Made by a program: the position numbers and the translations under genes. From Gemmatimonadaceae bacterium (GTDB taxonomy: Bacteria > Gemmatimonadota > Gemmatimonadetes > Gemmatimonadales > Gemmatimonadaceae), in NCBI GenBank assembly GCA_045803545.1, contig JBJMOW010000004.1:96001-160000 (forward strand): a stretch of DNA of 64,000 bases, in the 5' to 3' direction. The notes beneath the pieces were generated by a model. It ran no database searches. It was not told the origin of the DNA and saw only the letters and a program-made list of their open reading frames with translations. Numbering within the stretch: the first letter of the stretch is position 1; each line of letters begins with the position of its first letter. Of this stretch, positions 27,711-37,166 are shown in pieces.

Positions 27711-28766
27711 ATGACCGAATCCCTCGGAGCGTATCCCGCAGAAAACACAGTGGCCCCGATCGACACCGCTGCATCCTTCGGCCTTAGCCTGAGTGCGCCG
27801 GCATCGGCGCCGCGGCCGATGGGTTTGACGAGACCGGCACCACTCGCCAAAGGCGACACTATTGGAGTCGTCGCCCCATCGTACGCGCCAACTCCCGACT
27901 GGTTGCGGCTCGGCGCCAAAGTGATGGAAGAGGCCGGCTTCAACGTGCTGCTAGAACCGGGCGTCGAGCGCGAGCGGCGCTTTCATCACCGAGAGGACGA
28001 GGAGCGCGCGGAAAAGCTGATGGAGATGTGGAGCAATCCCAACGTGAAAGCGGTGATTGCTGCAACGGGGGGTTACGGCGCCGTACGGGTGATTCCCTAT
28101 CTCGATGCCGACGTCTTCAGGCGGAATCCGAAAATCTTCGTCGGCTACTCCGACATAACCGCACTGCATCTCTGGCTAATGCGTTGCGCCCAGCTCCGAG
28201 TCTTTCATGGTCCGACTCTGGACGACCTGTGCTGGACTGGCGAACAGACCATCCAATCACTTCTCGCCGCCATCACCAATCCGCAGCCACAAATCGAGCT
28301 CGGGGGAAGGACCGTGCGCGCTGTGCGTCCCGGTCGCGCGGTTGGTCGCCTCACCGGCGGCAACTTGTGCCTGGTGCAGCAAACGATCGGCACTCCCTAT
28401 GAGGTCGATACCCGAGACTCGATTCTCTTCCTCGAAGAAACCCGCGACCCTATGTCCTACGTCGACGAGCGACTCGTCCACCTGCGCTCGGCAGGCCTGT
28501 TGCGCGGCGTAAAGGGAATTGTTTTCGGTAATCTGTCCCTCGATCGCTGTGAAGAAGATGAATTCGAGGATTTCCTACTGGATCTGCTTCATGACTTCGA
28601 TGGTCCGATCCTGATGGATTTCCCGGCTGGACACGAAGCGCCTAACCTCACGCTGCCACTAGGAACGGAAGTCGAGCTGGTGAGCGATCAGTCGACCGGG
28701 TGGCTTTCCTACAAAGAAGACGCGTTGGCGGTCGTCGAAGAGAGACCGCGGCTCAGCCTCGTCTAA
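27711..28766 (+). CDS. S66 family LD-carboxypeptidase (LdcA/MccF-like)
   Basis: GVVAPS, GGYG, FVGYSDIT, GGNL, LFLEE, FPAGH. Confidence 0.92.
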   Translation: MTESLGAYPAENTVAPIDTAASFGLSLSAPASAPRPMGLTRPAPLAKGDTIGVVAPSYAPTPDWLRLGAKVMEEAGFNVLLEPGVERERRFHHREDEERAEKLMEMWSNPNVKAVIAATGGYGAVRVIPYLDADVFRRNPKIFVGYSDITALHLWLMRCAQLRVFHGPTLDDLCWTGEQTIQSLLAAITNPQPQIELGGRTVRAVRPGRAVGRLTGGNLCLVQQTIGTPYEVDTRDSILFLEETRDPMSYVDERLVHLRSAGLLRGVKGIVFGNLSLDRCEEDEFEDFLLDLLHDFDGPILMDFPAGHEAPNLTLPLGTEVELVSDQSTGWLSYKEDALAVVEERPRLSLV

Positions 28767-29341
28767 AGTCCGCCAGTTTTGATGGCTGCATCGACGGCGA
28801 TGCACCAGAGGTGAATAACCATCAGGTGCACCTCTTGGGTGTACGCCCCGTTGTCGCTCGGTACAGAGACGACATGATCCGGCGTGAAGCCCTCGATTCC
28901 CTTCTGGCCGCATAGTGCGATCGTAACGCCGCCTTTGGCCTTCGCGGCTTTCAGACCGCGGATTACGTTTTCCGATTTTCCACTGGTCGTAATTCCAACG
29001 ACAGCGTCGCCCATCGACGTTAGTCCTTCCACCTGCCTCTCGAACAGGGCGCCGTAACCAAAATCGTTCGCGATACACGTGATAACGCCGCTATCGCCGA
29101 CGAGCGATAGTGCCGGCAAAGGCCGCCGGGTTTCTTTGAAGCGCCCGATCAACTCTTCGACGAGGTGGTTGGCCTGAGTCGCACTACCGCCGTTGCCGAA
29201 CGCCAGAATTTTTCCACCGCGTCCGATGGCGGCGATGATCGCATCGCCCGCTGCATCACACGACGGTTGAAGGGATGCTAGAGCAGCATCAATGACTTGC
29301 TGGTGTCCCTTGAAGTGAGCCGCAAAGTGTTCACTCGGCAT
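28763..29341 (-). CDS. gmhA: phosphoheptose isomerase (SIS domain)
   Basis: FGNGGSA, IANDFGY..FERQVE, TTSGKSENV, TQEVH. Confidence 0.88.
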   Translation of the reverse strand: MPSEHFAAHFKGHQQVIDAALASLQPSCDAAGDAIIAAIGRGGKILAFGNGGSATQANHLVEELIGRFKETRRPLPALSLVGDSGVITCIANDFGYGALFERQVEGLTSMGDAVVGITTSGKSENVIRGLKAAKAKGGVTIALCGQKGIEGFTPDHVVSVPSDNGAYTQEVHLMVIHLWCIAVDAAIKTGGL

Positions 29342-29385
29342 GCGCGGATTATACGAACGAGATGCGAGTGCGCCAGTGGACGAGT

Positions 29386-32130
29386 CTAACGACCACGCCG
29401 CCGCCGTCGACTGCCGCGTTGATCGCTGTGTCGATCGTTGTTTCGATCGCGGCCGTGAGGTCGACCATCACGGCGACCTCGGCGCGCGTCACGGTGGCCC
29501 GAGTGGTCACGATTTCGCTTGAACTCCGACGCAATCTGGCGCACCTCGCGCTCAGCATGTGAAATCATCGCCTGGTCGTCATCGCTTTCCTCGACTTCGT
29601 CCGGGGACCATGGCTGGGCGAGTTTCTCCTGCAGCTCCTCAAGCGAATCAGCGCGGACTGCACCGCGCTGACCACGCAGCACCACGAACCGTAGCGGCCG
29701 ATCGAGCCGAGGGATCTCCTCCTCGACCAGCGTACGTGCGACTTTCTCGGGCAGTCGCAATCTCGCGACTCCAGTCCTTGTCCCGTTGCGGTCTTCCACA
29801 TCGTAATCGAGATCGATGTCGCGATCGCGGATGGTCACCTGCTCCGGCAGTTGTTCGAGGCGCTTGCGCAGCTCCGGTGTGACGAAGGCGTTGCGATCGA
29901 CATCGAGGCGCTTGGCCCGAAAATCGTCCATCGAGTTGACATCGGATAACTGTCGCTCGTACAGCGCCGTCAGCTCGGGGAGCCCAAGCCGTGGGATTTC
30001 GCCGCCAGAACGTTTGTAGGCTTCGCGAACTTCTTCGATCGCGTCACGGTTCTTCTTCACGGCGTGATGTCGCGCTTCACCTCGCGCTACTGCTTCGGCA
30101 AGGAGATGGCGTGCGGCCGCGGCTTCGGCGGCAGGGAATTCCTCAACAATCTCCTGCTCGCTCTCCAACTCAAAGCCGAAATAATCGAGCGAGGTCTTCA
30201 ACACTAGCGGGCCGTGTTTGCGGCGCGCGTCGTAGATCAACTGGGACTTGCCACGGGTCGCGTAGCGACGAATCAATTCCATCGGGATCTGAGTTCCCTC
30301 GATCGCGGCACGCGGAATTCCGGAGCGATCCGCGAAATAGCGCAGGGACCCGGCGATCGCGCCCCAGCTGCCACAAACGCTGGTCTTCGATACGCGGGCT
30401 TCGCTCCCGTCAGCCGTCAACTCGTCGATCACCAGGTCGAACGGCATGTACTGAGCGAGCAGCTCGGTGAACTTCCGGAAGATGTGATCGCGCGCGTACA
30501 CCATCTTGGTTGGCAGCTCCATGCCGAGGCTACGATAGATGCTCGCGGTAGCAAGAGCGGCGTCTTCGATCGCTTTCACGAGTACGCCGCGCTGTTCAGC
30601 CCATTTCTCGATACTTTCGTCGAACAGATGTCGCGGGAGCCCATACACTTCACCGATGTATCCGCAGTGAGAATAGGCCTCGGCGTAGAGGTTATATGCG
30701 GTGAGGTGATCACTGCCCGCCACCACGAGTCCGGACAGGTCGCGATCCTCGCGGGTCATGCGGTGCAGCGATTCTATTGAGCTCATGACGCCGAGGTACG
30801 GAACCAACTCGTCGTCTCCATTCACCAGAAGCTCCGCCCACGGCCGATCGACAGGCATCGCTTCGACAGCCTTTCCATAACGAGATAGTCGGCCATTCTC
30901 GATGATGCCGCGTTGCTCGAGCAGCTGTATCGCTTTGCGGTAAGCCACTCGATCCAGCGGCACTGGCAGATCGAGCTGATCGGCCGCAACGCCGAGGTCA
31001 GCGCAAGTCATCGCCACGCGCTCGGAATCGCCGGCTAACTGGAACTCCGGCGCGGTTGGCCTCAGTGAGGCGAAGTGAATGTCGCGGTCAGAGAGAATGA
31101 AAACCCGACCGCGCTCGACGCGTCCGTGCACACGCCCCGCCATCTGCAGAATCTCGTTGGCGCCCAGATGGAGACGCGTGAGAACATTCTTGCCGCGCTC
31201 GATGATATTACTGAAGCGAGTGTCATCGATAATGACCGTATCGAGCCCGTGAACGTTGAGTGCGCTCTGGCCTGCAGCGGTCATCGCCAGGAAGTAGGGT
31301 TTGGTTTCTTCGCCTTCCAGGAATGGCCGAATAATTCGAAGCGGTTCGCCGCCGTGATAGAACGCAGCGTTGATGCGCGGGAATCGTTCGCGCACCTGCT
31401 CGGCTGCTCCTTCTACGCCCGCTCGCGTCGGTAGAAACATCCCGACTCCACGACGCTCCTTCACTACCTGCTGCAGAAAGCGGTCGTCGAGAAAAGTCAG
31501 AGGATCTTTCCGGACGATCTTCACGTCGGCGGCTTTGGCGGGATCGAACGCCGAGCTCTCGAGCACCGCGGCCGCGCTCAGATAGGAAGCGTAGAAGGTC
31601 GGATCGACTGTGGCTGACAACCAGATGAAACGACAGCCAACTCTTTTTCCGAGAGCGAGACACAGCTCGAGCTCGGCCGAAGTCTGGTGGATCTCGTCGA
31701 CGACGAGAGTGTCGGTGGCGAGGATGTCACCATCCTGAAACCACCGCCGGGCGATGCCGGTGGTGACGACGATGACGTTCCAGGTCGGAGTCTCGGGAGT
31801 CGCCTCGCGCTCGCGATTGACGACGCCCACCTTCAGGTCAGTCGTTCCGAGAATGGTCTCGGCGATGGGCCGGATGGAGAGTGTCTTCCCGGTGCCCGTC
31901 CCGGCAACGATGCCGAAGCCTTTCCCGGCAGCCGCCAGCTCGCGGATCTCACGGCCGTGCTGTTTCTCGAGAACTGTCGGGATGTGAAGCCCGAGCGCCA
32001 GCTCTATGGTTTCGCAGGCGGCGCGGGTGGGCGCGATGACGATCAGCCGGCCGGTCGCGGGTTCTGCAGCGACGAAAGCCTGGCGATCCGGCGGAAGGTA
32101 TCTGTCGGTTACGATTCGCTGCATGCGCAT
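29386..32130 (-). CDS. SF2 DExH-box helicase, HrpB-like
   Basis: AGTGTGKT, VVDEIH, LSAT, FLPTR, QMAGRVHGR; Arg-rich tail. Confidence 0.85.
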   Translation of the reverse strand: MRMQRIVTDRYLPPDRQAFVAAEPATGRLIVIAPTRAACETIELALGLHIPTVLEKQHGREIRELAAAGKGFGIVAGTGTGKTLSIRPIAETILGTTDLKVGVVNREREATPETPTWNVIVVTTGIARRWFQDGDILATDTLVVDEIHQTSAELELCLALGKRVGCRFIWLSATVDPTFYASYLSAAAVLESSAFDPAKAADVKIVRKDPLTFLDDRFLQQVVKERRGVGMFLPTRAGVEGAAEQVRERFPRINAAFYHGGEPLRIIRPFLEGEETKPYFLAMTAAGQSALNVHGLDTVIIDDTRFSNIIERGKNVLTRLHLGANEILQMAGRVHGRVERGRVFILSDRDIHFASLRPTAPEFQLAGDSERVAMTCADLGVAADQLDLPVPLDRVAYRKAIQLLEQRGIIENGRLSRYGKAVEAMPVDRPWAELLVNGDDELVPYLGVMSSIESLHRMTREDRDLSGLVVAGSDHLTAYNLYAEAYSHCGYIGEVYGLPRHLFDESIEKWAEQRGVLVKAIEDAALATASIYRSLGMELPTKMVYARDHIFRKFTELLAQYMPFDLVIDELTADGSEARVSKTSVCGSWGAIAGSLRYFADRSGIPRAAIEGTQIPMELIRRYATRGKSQLIYDARRKHGPLVLKTSLDYFGFELESEQEIVEEFPAAEAAAARHLLAEAVARGEARHHAVKKNRDAIEEVREAYKRSGGEIPRLGLPELTALYERQLSDVNSMDDFRAKRLDVDRNAFVTPELRKRLEQLPEQVTIRDRDIDLDYDVEDRNGTRTGVARLRLPEKVARTLVEEEIPRLDRPLRFVVLRGQRGAVRADSLEELQEKLAQPWSPDEVEESDDDQAMISHAEREVRQIASEFKRNRDHSGHRDARRGRRDGRPHGRDRNNDRHSDQRGSRRRRRGR

Positions 32131-32160
32131 TGGAAAAGTGCATACATCGCACCGGATGCG

Positions 32161-32195
32161 AAACGGCCCCAGGGACTCTCATGCTCTGGGGCCGT
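32161..32195 (-). terminator. probable terminator hairpin
   Basis: acggccccag...ctggggccgt with a short T tract on the minus strand. Confidence 0.55.
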
Positions 32196-32214
32196 CGCTA
32201 TGACTTCAAGAGAT

Positions 32215-32826
32215 CTAGTCTCTGTCTTTCTTACCTTTACCCTTACCGTGATCTTTTTGTTTCGAATCGTAGTCACGATTGGTATTGACGCTCGAGCCGA
32301 CGTATACGCGATTGCCGAACTGATCGTAACGATAGTTGGCATCGTTGTAGCGTTGATTGCCCTCGTTATCAGCCCGGTTGTAGCCGTCGTTGCCGTTGCG
32401 CTTCTGCGCCTTCCTGATTTCCTTCTCCCGCTGCTTCTCAGCCTTCTTCCATTGCTTGTCGTTGTTGTTCGCAATGCGGCTGTTCAAAATCGTGAAGGTG
32501 CCGTTGGGATTACGGCGCGCACGCTGGATGATCAGGTTGCCGTAATTGTCGCGGACGCGACGCTCGTAAACCTGGCTGCGGCCATTACCGACCTGGTACC
32601 AGGAGCCGTCGTTACGTGAGTACACGTCCTGGCAGTTGTTACTGGTATTGAGATTGGTGCGACCGAAGATGATGTCGCCTACGCTGTTGGTCGTACGGTT
32701 GTACGTGCAATCGTTGCTGGTACGCTGACCAGTGATGACAGTGCCCGGACGCGGAACCGACTGTGCGTTCAGCGACGCGGCAGCAGTGACACCAACAATG
32801 GCCAGGCTGAAGGCGAATACCTTCAT
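32215..32826 (-). CDS. secreted hypothetical protein, Asn/Arg/Lys-rich
   Basis: SD gaggagg; signal peptide ending LNA; basic tail HGKGKGKKD. Confidence 0.78.
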   Translation of the reverse strand: MKVFAFSLAIVGVTAAASLNAQSVPRPGTVITGQRTSNDCTYNRTTNSVGDIIFGRTNLNTSNNCQDVYSRNDGSWYQVGNGRSQVYERRVRDNYGNLIIQRARRNPNGTFTILNSRIANNNDKQWKKAEKQREKEIRKAQKRNGNDGYNRADNEGNQRYNDANYRYDQFGNRVYVGSSVNTNRDYDSKQKDHGKGKGKKDRD

Positions 32827-33215
32827 CGTGAAATCCTCCTCGTGATTAAATCAACTAGCTCGTCGGTCGTGCTCGACTTGCCGTTGTTTGATTTTCCTTT
32901 CTTGCCCTTTTGTGGCTCATCGCCGAACAGGACCTTGGCGTTGGCCGGCCGGTTTCTTACCGCTGAAGCGCAGTCGGTAGGTGCTGGCTGCTGGTTGGCG
33001 GGCACATCGTTGAGCCAGATACGGCACATACCTGCCGGCGGAAAGAATCCGGGCGGTACGATCTGGGCTCGACGCTGCGTCTGCTGATTCTGCGGCTTCT
33101 GCGGAACCGGTCGTTGGGCCTCAGCAACCCCCGCCGTAAAGACGAGAGCAACCAGGCCGACTAGCGGCGCACGGAGGCGAGAAGGAATCGAAATGAAGCG
33201 AAAGTGCTGCATCAT
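32823..33215 (-). CDS. secreted hypothetical protein
   Basis: Signal peptide ending AEA; VPPGFFPPAGMCRIW..PANQQP..C segment; ATGA overlap with the next gene. Confidence 0.75.
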   Translation of the reverse strand: MMQHFRFISIPSRLRAPLVGLVALVFTAGVAEAQRPVPQKPQNQQTQRRAQIVPPGFFPPAGMCRIWLNDVPANQQPAPTDCASAVRNRPANAKVLFGDEPQKGKKGKSNNGKSSTTDELVDLITRRISR

Positions 33216-33228
33216 GGCGCCTCTAGGG

Positions 33229-33244
33229 TGCAGGGGCGGTGCCA
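33229..33244 (-). promoter_or_regulatory. putative sigma54 promoter with upstream IHF-like site
   Basis: TGGCACCGCCCCTGCA; TTCAATGACTTA at about 33262-33273. Confidence 0.55.
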
Positions 33245-33396
33245 AATTCGAACCGGTGAGCTAAGTCATTGAACCCAAGCAACTTATCCCACTTTGTCGG
33301 TTTCGCCTTGCTACCCAAATGTCCCCTCACGGGGACAAGAAACTGATACACTTCGACAGCTCAAACTTACCTGCCCGGAAACGGTCTCCGGCCTGC

Positions 33397-34476
33397 TCAA
33401 TCCCCGAAGGATATGCCCGTCGCCCGGGCCGTTAGCACCGTGTCGTGGTCCACTTCCACCCGCTTCGGTGTCTTCAACACACCGGCCAGCGGAATGGCCA
33501 CAATGTGGGGCGATTGTAGCGCGATCATGTGATCCCACTTCTCTTCGGCCACGGCGCGGACTGCCGCGCCACCGAATCGTACCGCCAAAAGCCGATCGTA
33601 GCCAGTCGGCATTCCACCCCGCTGGAGATGTCCGAGGATGAGCGAGCGCGTTTCCTTCTTCGTGCGCTCTTGAATGTCGTCCGCCAGGCGCTCAGCGACC
33701 CCTCCGACCCGCACGGCCTGACCGGGCATCGACTTCCCCAGGACGTGGGCGGATTCGCCCTTTGGATGAGCGCCCTCTGCAATCACGACGATAGAGAAGT
33801 GTCTGCCGGCCCGACCGCGAGCAACGATCTTCTCGCACACCTTATCAATGTCGTAGGGGATCTCGGGAATCAGGATGACGTCAGCGGTTCCCGCGAGTCC
33901 GGCGTGCAAAGCGATGAAACCGGCGTGACGCCCCATCACCTCGAGAACGATCACGCGATCGTGACTCTCCGCGGTGGTGTGGAGTTTGTCGATCGCCTCG
34001 AGTGCCGTGTTGACCGCGGTATCAAAACCGAAGGTGGTGATCGTGCCGTTGACGTCGTTGTCGATGGTCTTGGGAACGCACACTATCCGCATTCCGCGCT
34101 CGCAGAGTTGGTGGGCGATTGTTAGCGATCCGTCACCGCCGATCGAGATCATCGCATCGATACCTAGCCTGCGCGCGTTTTCGATCAACTCATCCGAGCG
34201 GTCTTGCTCGATACAACTTCCATCAGGTTGAACGACGGGATAGTTGAATGGATTACCGCGGTTGGTCGTGCGCAGGATGGTGCCGCCAAGGTGGGCGATG
34301 CCGCGAACGGTGGTCGGCGTCATTGGAATCACTTCCTCTTCGCCGAGCAGTCCCGCGTAACCTTTCTTGATACCGAGAACTTCCCAGCCGCGGTTGCACG
34401 CCGATAGCACTGCCGCGCGAATGACGGCATTGAGTCCCGGCGCATCACCACCGCCGGTAGACAAAGCGATTCTCAT
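33397..34476 (-). CDS. pfkA: 6-phosphofructokinase
   Basis: TGGGDAPGLNAVIR, GGTIL, IGGDGS, PKTIDND, EVMGRHAG, LGHLQRGG. Confidence 0.95.
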   Translation of the reverse strand: MRIALSTGGGDAPGLNAVIRAAVLSACNRGWEVLGIKKGYAGLLGEEEVIPMTPTTVRGIAHLGGTILRTTNRGNPFNYPVVQPDGSCIEQDRSDELIENARRLGIDAMISIGGDGSLTIAHQLCERGMRIVCVPKTIDNDVNGTITTFGFDTAVNTALEAIDKLHTTAESHDRVIVLEVMGRHAGFIALHAGLAGTADVILIPEIPYDIDKVCEKIVARGRAGRHFSIVVIAEGAHPKGESAHVLGKSMPGQAVRVGGVAERLADDIQERTKKETRSLILGHLQRGGMPTGYDRLLAVRFGGAAVRAVAEEKWDHMIALQSPHIVAIPLAGVLKTPKRVEVDHDTVLTARATGISFGD

Positions 34477-34480
34477 ATTG

Positions 34481-34708
34481 TCAGGCTTTTCGTTCTAGTA
34501 GGGAGATGATTTCTCCAGGCTTGGCGTGTCGGCCAAGTTTTGACTTCTCGAATATCGGGACGTCGTCAGCGACGACCTCAAAGCGTCCACCTCGCGACGG
34601 AGTCATCTTCACGTCCGCGTCCGGGAAACGCTGCTTGATCTCTGCCGCCAAACTGGCGGCACGTGGCTGATAGTTTCAGACGACGCAGTATTCGATGCTG
34701 ATTTTCAT
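34481..34708 (-). CDS. SelW/SelT/SelH (Rdx) family selenoprotein, Sec at in-frame TGA
   Basis: Manual translation MKISIEYCVV-U-NYQPRAASLAAEIKQRF...GGRFEVVADDVPIFEKSKLGRHAKPGEIISLLERKA*; TGA at 34678-34676. Confidence 0.9.
34643..34661 (-). promoter_or_regulatory. bacterial SECIS-like hairpin
   Basis: TGCCGCCA-GTT-TGGCGGCA, starting 14 nt after the UGA, with G at the start of the loop. Confidence 0.75.
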
Positions 34709-34722
34709 TGTCGGTTCGATGG

Positions 34723-37059
34723 TTATTGATTGCCCGTCGGATACTGATCCGCGAGTTGTTGGGCTTCTGGCGTGCCGATCACCTTTAGCGCTACAACCGC
34801 CGGCCGTCTAATCACGTCCTGCCATAAATCCGGCGCCATAAGCTGCTTGGCGAGCGGTAGCGCCGCGTTTTTTTCCAGTCGGATGTCGGCGGCGAGCGCA
34901 GCACCACGTACAATGTAGTTCGGATCGTCACGGGCAATCTGCCGCAGCCGGATTCCCACGTCGCGGGAGGCCGTTCCGCTCAATACGAGATCGCCCAGCG
35001 CGCTGGACGCAGCCTGCCTGACCCTCGCATCGATGTCCCGCGTTGCGGTGACCAGATTATCGGTGATGCCCCGCATCGGCGAGGCTGCCGCTCTGCTGGT
35101 GTCATTGCCCCAGGCGCCGAGTGCATCGACAGCGCGCGCTCTGACGGCCCAGAACCGATCGTTGCGGGCGGCTCGTCGCAGTGCATCGAGCGCATTGCGG
35201 TCACTTGGCCGGTCCGCCAACGCTTCCACTGCTTCGATTCTGCCGAGTACGTCGTCGTCGTGGACGAGCTCGTACTGCAACATTGCGGTGGAGCGCGGGA
35301 AGTCGGTGAGCTCGAGGAGCCAGTTGCCCTTGTTCCAGCGAATCGAGCGCGGCGGCGCCTTGAGATTGGCGGCGGCTTCACCAGCTCCATTGCGAACGGG
35401 CACGACGAATCGGACAACCCCACTATCGGTGCGCGCTTCGACATCGACGTCGACGTCGAAGAAACCGGTGAGACTGTCGCGCGCTTGTACTTCGCGGGCG
35501 GTGACAGTAAGCCGATTCCCAGCGCGGTCGTAATTCGAGGAAACCTGGAATACCGGAAAGCCTGCGCCGTAGACCCACTGATCGAAGAATGCCTTCAGAT
35601 CCTTGCCGGTTGTCTCCTCGAAGGCGCGTCGAAGATCGTCGGAGACGACGTTGTCATACGCGTGCGAAGTCGCGTAGCGGTTGATGCCTCTCCAGAAAAC
35701 CGAATCGCCGAACTGATGGCGGAGCATCTGGAGAACCGTCGCGCCCTTCTGATAGATGTGGCCGGTGAAGAAAACCTCGATCGGGTCATTGACCCACTTG
35801 CCCCACACGATTGGTCGACGCGCTCGTCGATCGCCCTCGATTGCCTGCTCCTGTGCCAACAGTCGGTCATAGGCTCCCTCATCCACTCCGAAGTTCTCTT
35901 CGTGAAAAATCTCCTCCATGAAAGTCGCGAACCCTTCGTTCAGCCAGACATGCGCCCAGCTTCGGGTGGTGAGCAGATCGCCGAACCACTGATGTCCGAG
36001 CTCGTGCGACATGAGGTCGACGCTGTTTGCCTGCGGCTCGGACCATAGCGGATGCAGAATCTCGGCGTCGTTCTGCGAGGTTGCCGTGACGTTCTCCATC
36101 CCGCCGTACTGAAATTCGGGGATGACGATCTGATCGTACTTCACCCATGGATACGCAACGCCGGTCTTGCGCGAGAAAACGTCGACGGCCTGAGGCGTTC
36201 TGGCGAAACCGCGACGCGCGGCTTCGACCGAGTCCGGATATGTCCAGTATCCGATCGGTACGCCTCGCCACGGCGTGTCCTGAAGCACGACGTAATTGCC
36301 GATGACGCATGTCATCAAATAAGTGGAGGCCGGTTTGTCCTGCACCCAGTGCCACTCAATGCTATCGCCGACAGCGCGTGAGCCGGCGAGCCGACCATTC
36401 GACAAAGCGCGCTCGTCTTTCCGGGTCCAGATGTAGAACTCCCACGTGGTCTTGTCGTTGGGAAAATCGTACGTCGGAACCCAGTAGCGATTGTCTTCCG
36501 TTTCACCTTGGGTCCAAATGATGTGTTTGGCTGGGCGAAAGTACGCGCCTTTGCTTCGATTGACTCCCTCGTATTCGACGGTGAGCAGGAGCTTCTGATC
36601 GGTGGTCAGCGCTCGCGGCAGCTGAATCGCAAGTCTGTTGTCGCTGTAGTCAAAGCGGACAGCGGCGCCGTCGGATGTCACGTTTCGTATCCGCATGTCT
36701 CCCGCGTCGAGGACGACTGTGCGCAGCGGTGCAGCGTTGGGGAGTCCCGCGATTGTCAGTGTGGTCGATCCCACCACGGCGTGGGTTTGCCACTCGAACC
36801 GGATGGTCGTGCTCTGGTGCTGTAGATCATAAGTACGACGCCGCTCGGCGTGAGTGACTCCTTCGGGAAGAGGGCCCCACGCGATCAAGGGCGTTCCCTT
36901 GAATCCGGGTACGTGGTTGGGCGTGAGTGTGGTGTCCATGCGGAACGGCGACACACCTGGAACCGGCGTCGGCTGAACTTCAGCGGGCTGTCTGGCCGCG
37001 GGTGCACAGCCAGCCAACACCGCGCATGCGATGATTGTCGCGCCGGGAAAGGCTTTCAT
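34723..37059 (-). CDS. M1 family aminopeptidase lipoprotein with C-terminal HEAT repeats
   Basis: Lipobox LAGC; GGMEN; HELGHQWFG..WLNEGFA; YQKGA. Confidence 0.93.
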   Translation of the reverse strand: MKAFPGATIIACAVLAGCAPAARQPAEVQPTPVPGVSPFRMDTTLTPNHVPGFKGTPLIAWGPLPEGVTHAERRRTYDLQHQSTTIRFEWQTHAVVGSTTLTIAGLPNAAPLRTVVLDAGDMRIRNVTSDGAAVRFDYSDNRLAIQLPRALTTDQKLLLTVEYEGVNRSKGAYFRPAKHIIWTQGETEDNRYWVPTYDFPNDKTTWEFYIWTRKDERALSNGRLAGSRAVGDSIEWHWVQDKPASTYLMTCVIGNYVVLQDTPWRGVPIGYWTYPDSVEAARRGFARTPQAVDVFSRKTGVAYPWVKYDQIVIPEFQYGGMENVTATSQNDAEILHPLWSEPQANSVDLMSHELGHQWFGDLLTTRSWAHVWLNEGFATFMEEIFHEENFGVDEGAYDRLLAQEQAIEGDRRARRPIVWGKWVNDPIEVFFTGHIYQKGATVLQMLRHQFGDSVFWRGINRYATSHAYDNVVSDDLRRAFEETTGKDLKAFFDQWVYGAGFPVFQVSSNYDRAGNRLTVTAREVQARDSLTGFFDVDVDVEARTDSGVVRFVVPVRNGAGEAAANLKAPPRSIRWNKGNWLLELTDFPRSTAMLQYELVHDDDVLGRIEAVEALADRPSDRNALDALRRAARNDRFWAVRARAVDALGAWGNDTSRAAASPMRGITDNLVTATRDIDARVRQAASSALGDLVLSGTASRDVGIRLRQIARDDPNYIVRGAALAADIRLEKNAALPLAKQLMAPDLWQDVIRRPAVVALKVIGTPEAQQLADQYPTGNQ

Positions 37060-37166
37060 TCGGCGCGGGAACGGTTTGAATGCGCCCGCATCAATCTGAT
37101 CAACGTCATTGTCTGCTTCTGACATATGCTATTCAGCGAACCAGGTATCTGGAAGGAGTTACGGGT

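Noticed and set aside
34676..34678. Nonsense mutation (pseudogene) in the Rdx gene
   Set aside because: The TGA sits exactly at the CxxU position and is followed by a SECIS-like hairpin, so Sec recoding is more parsimonious
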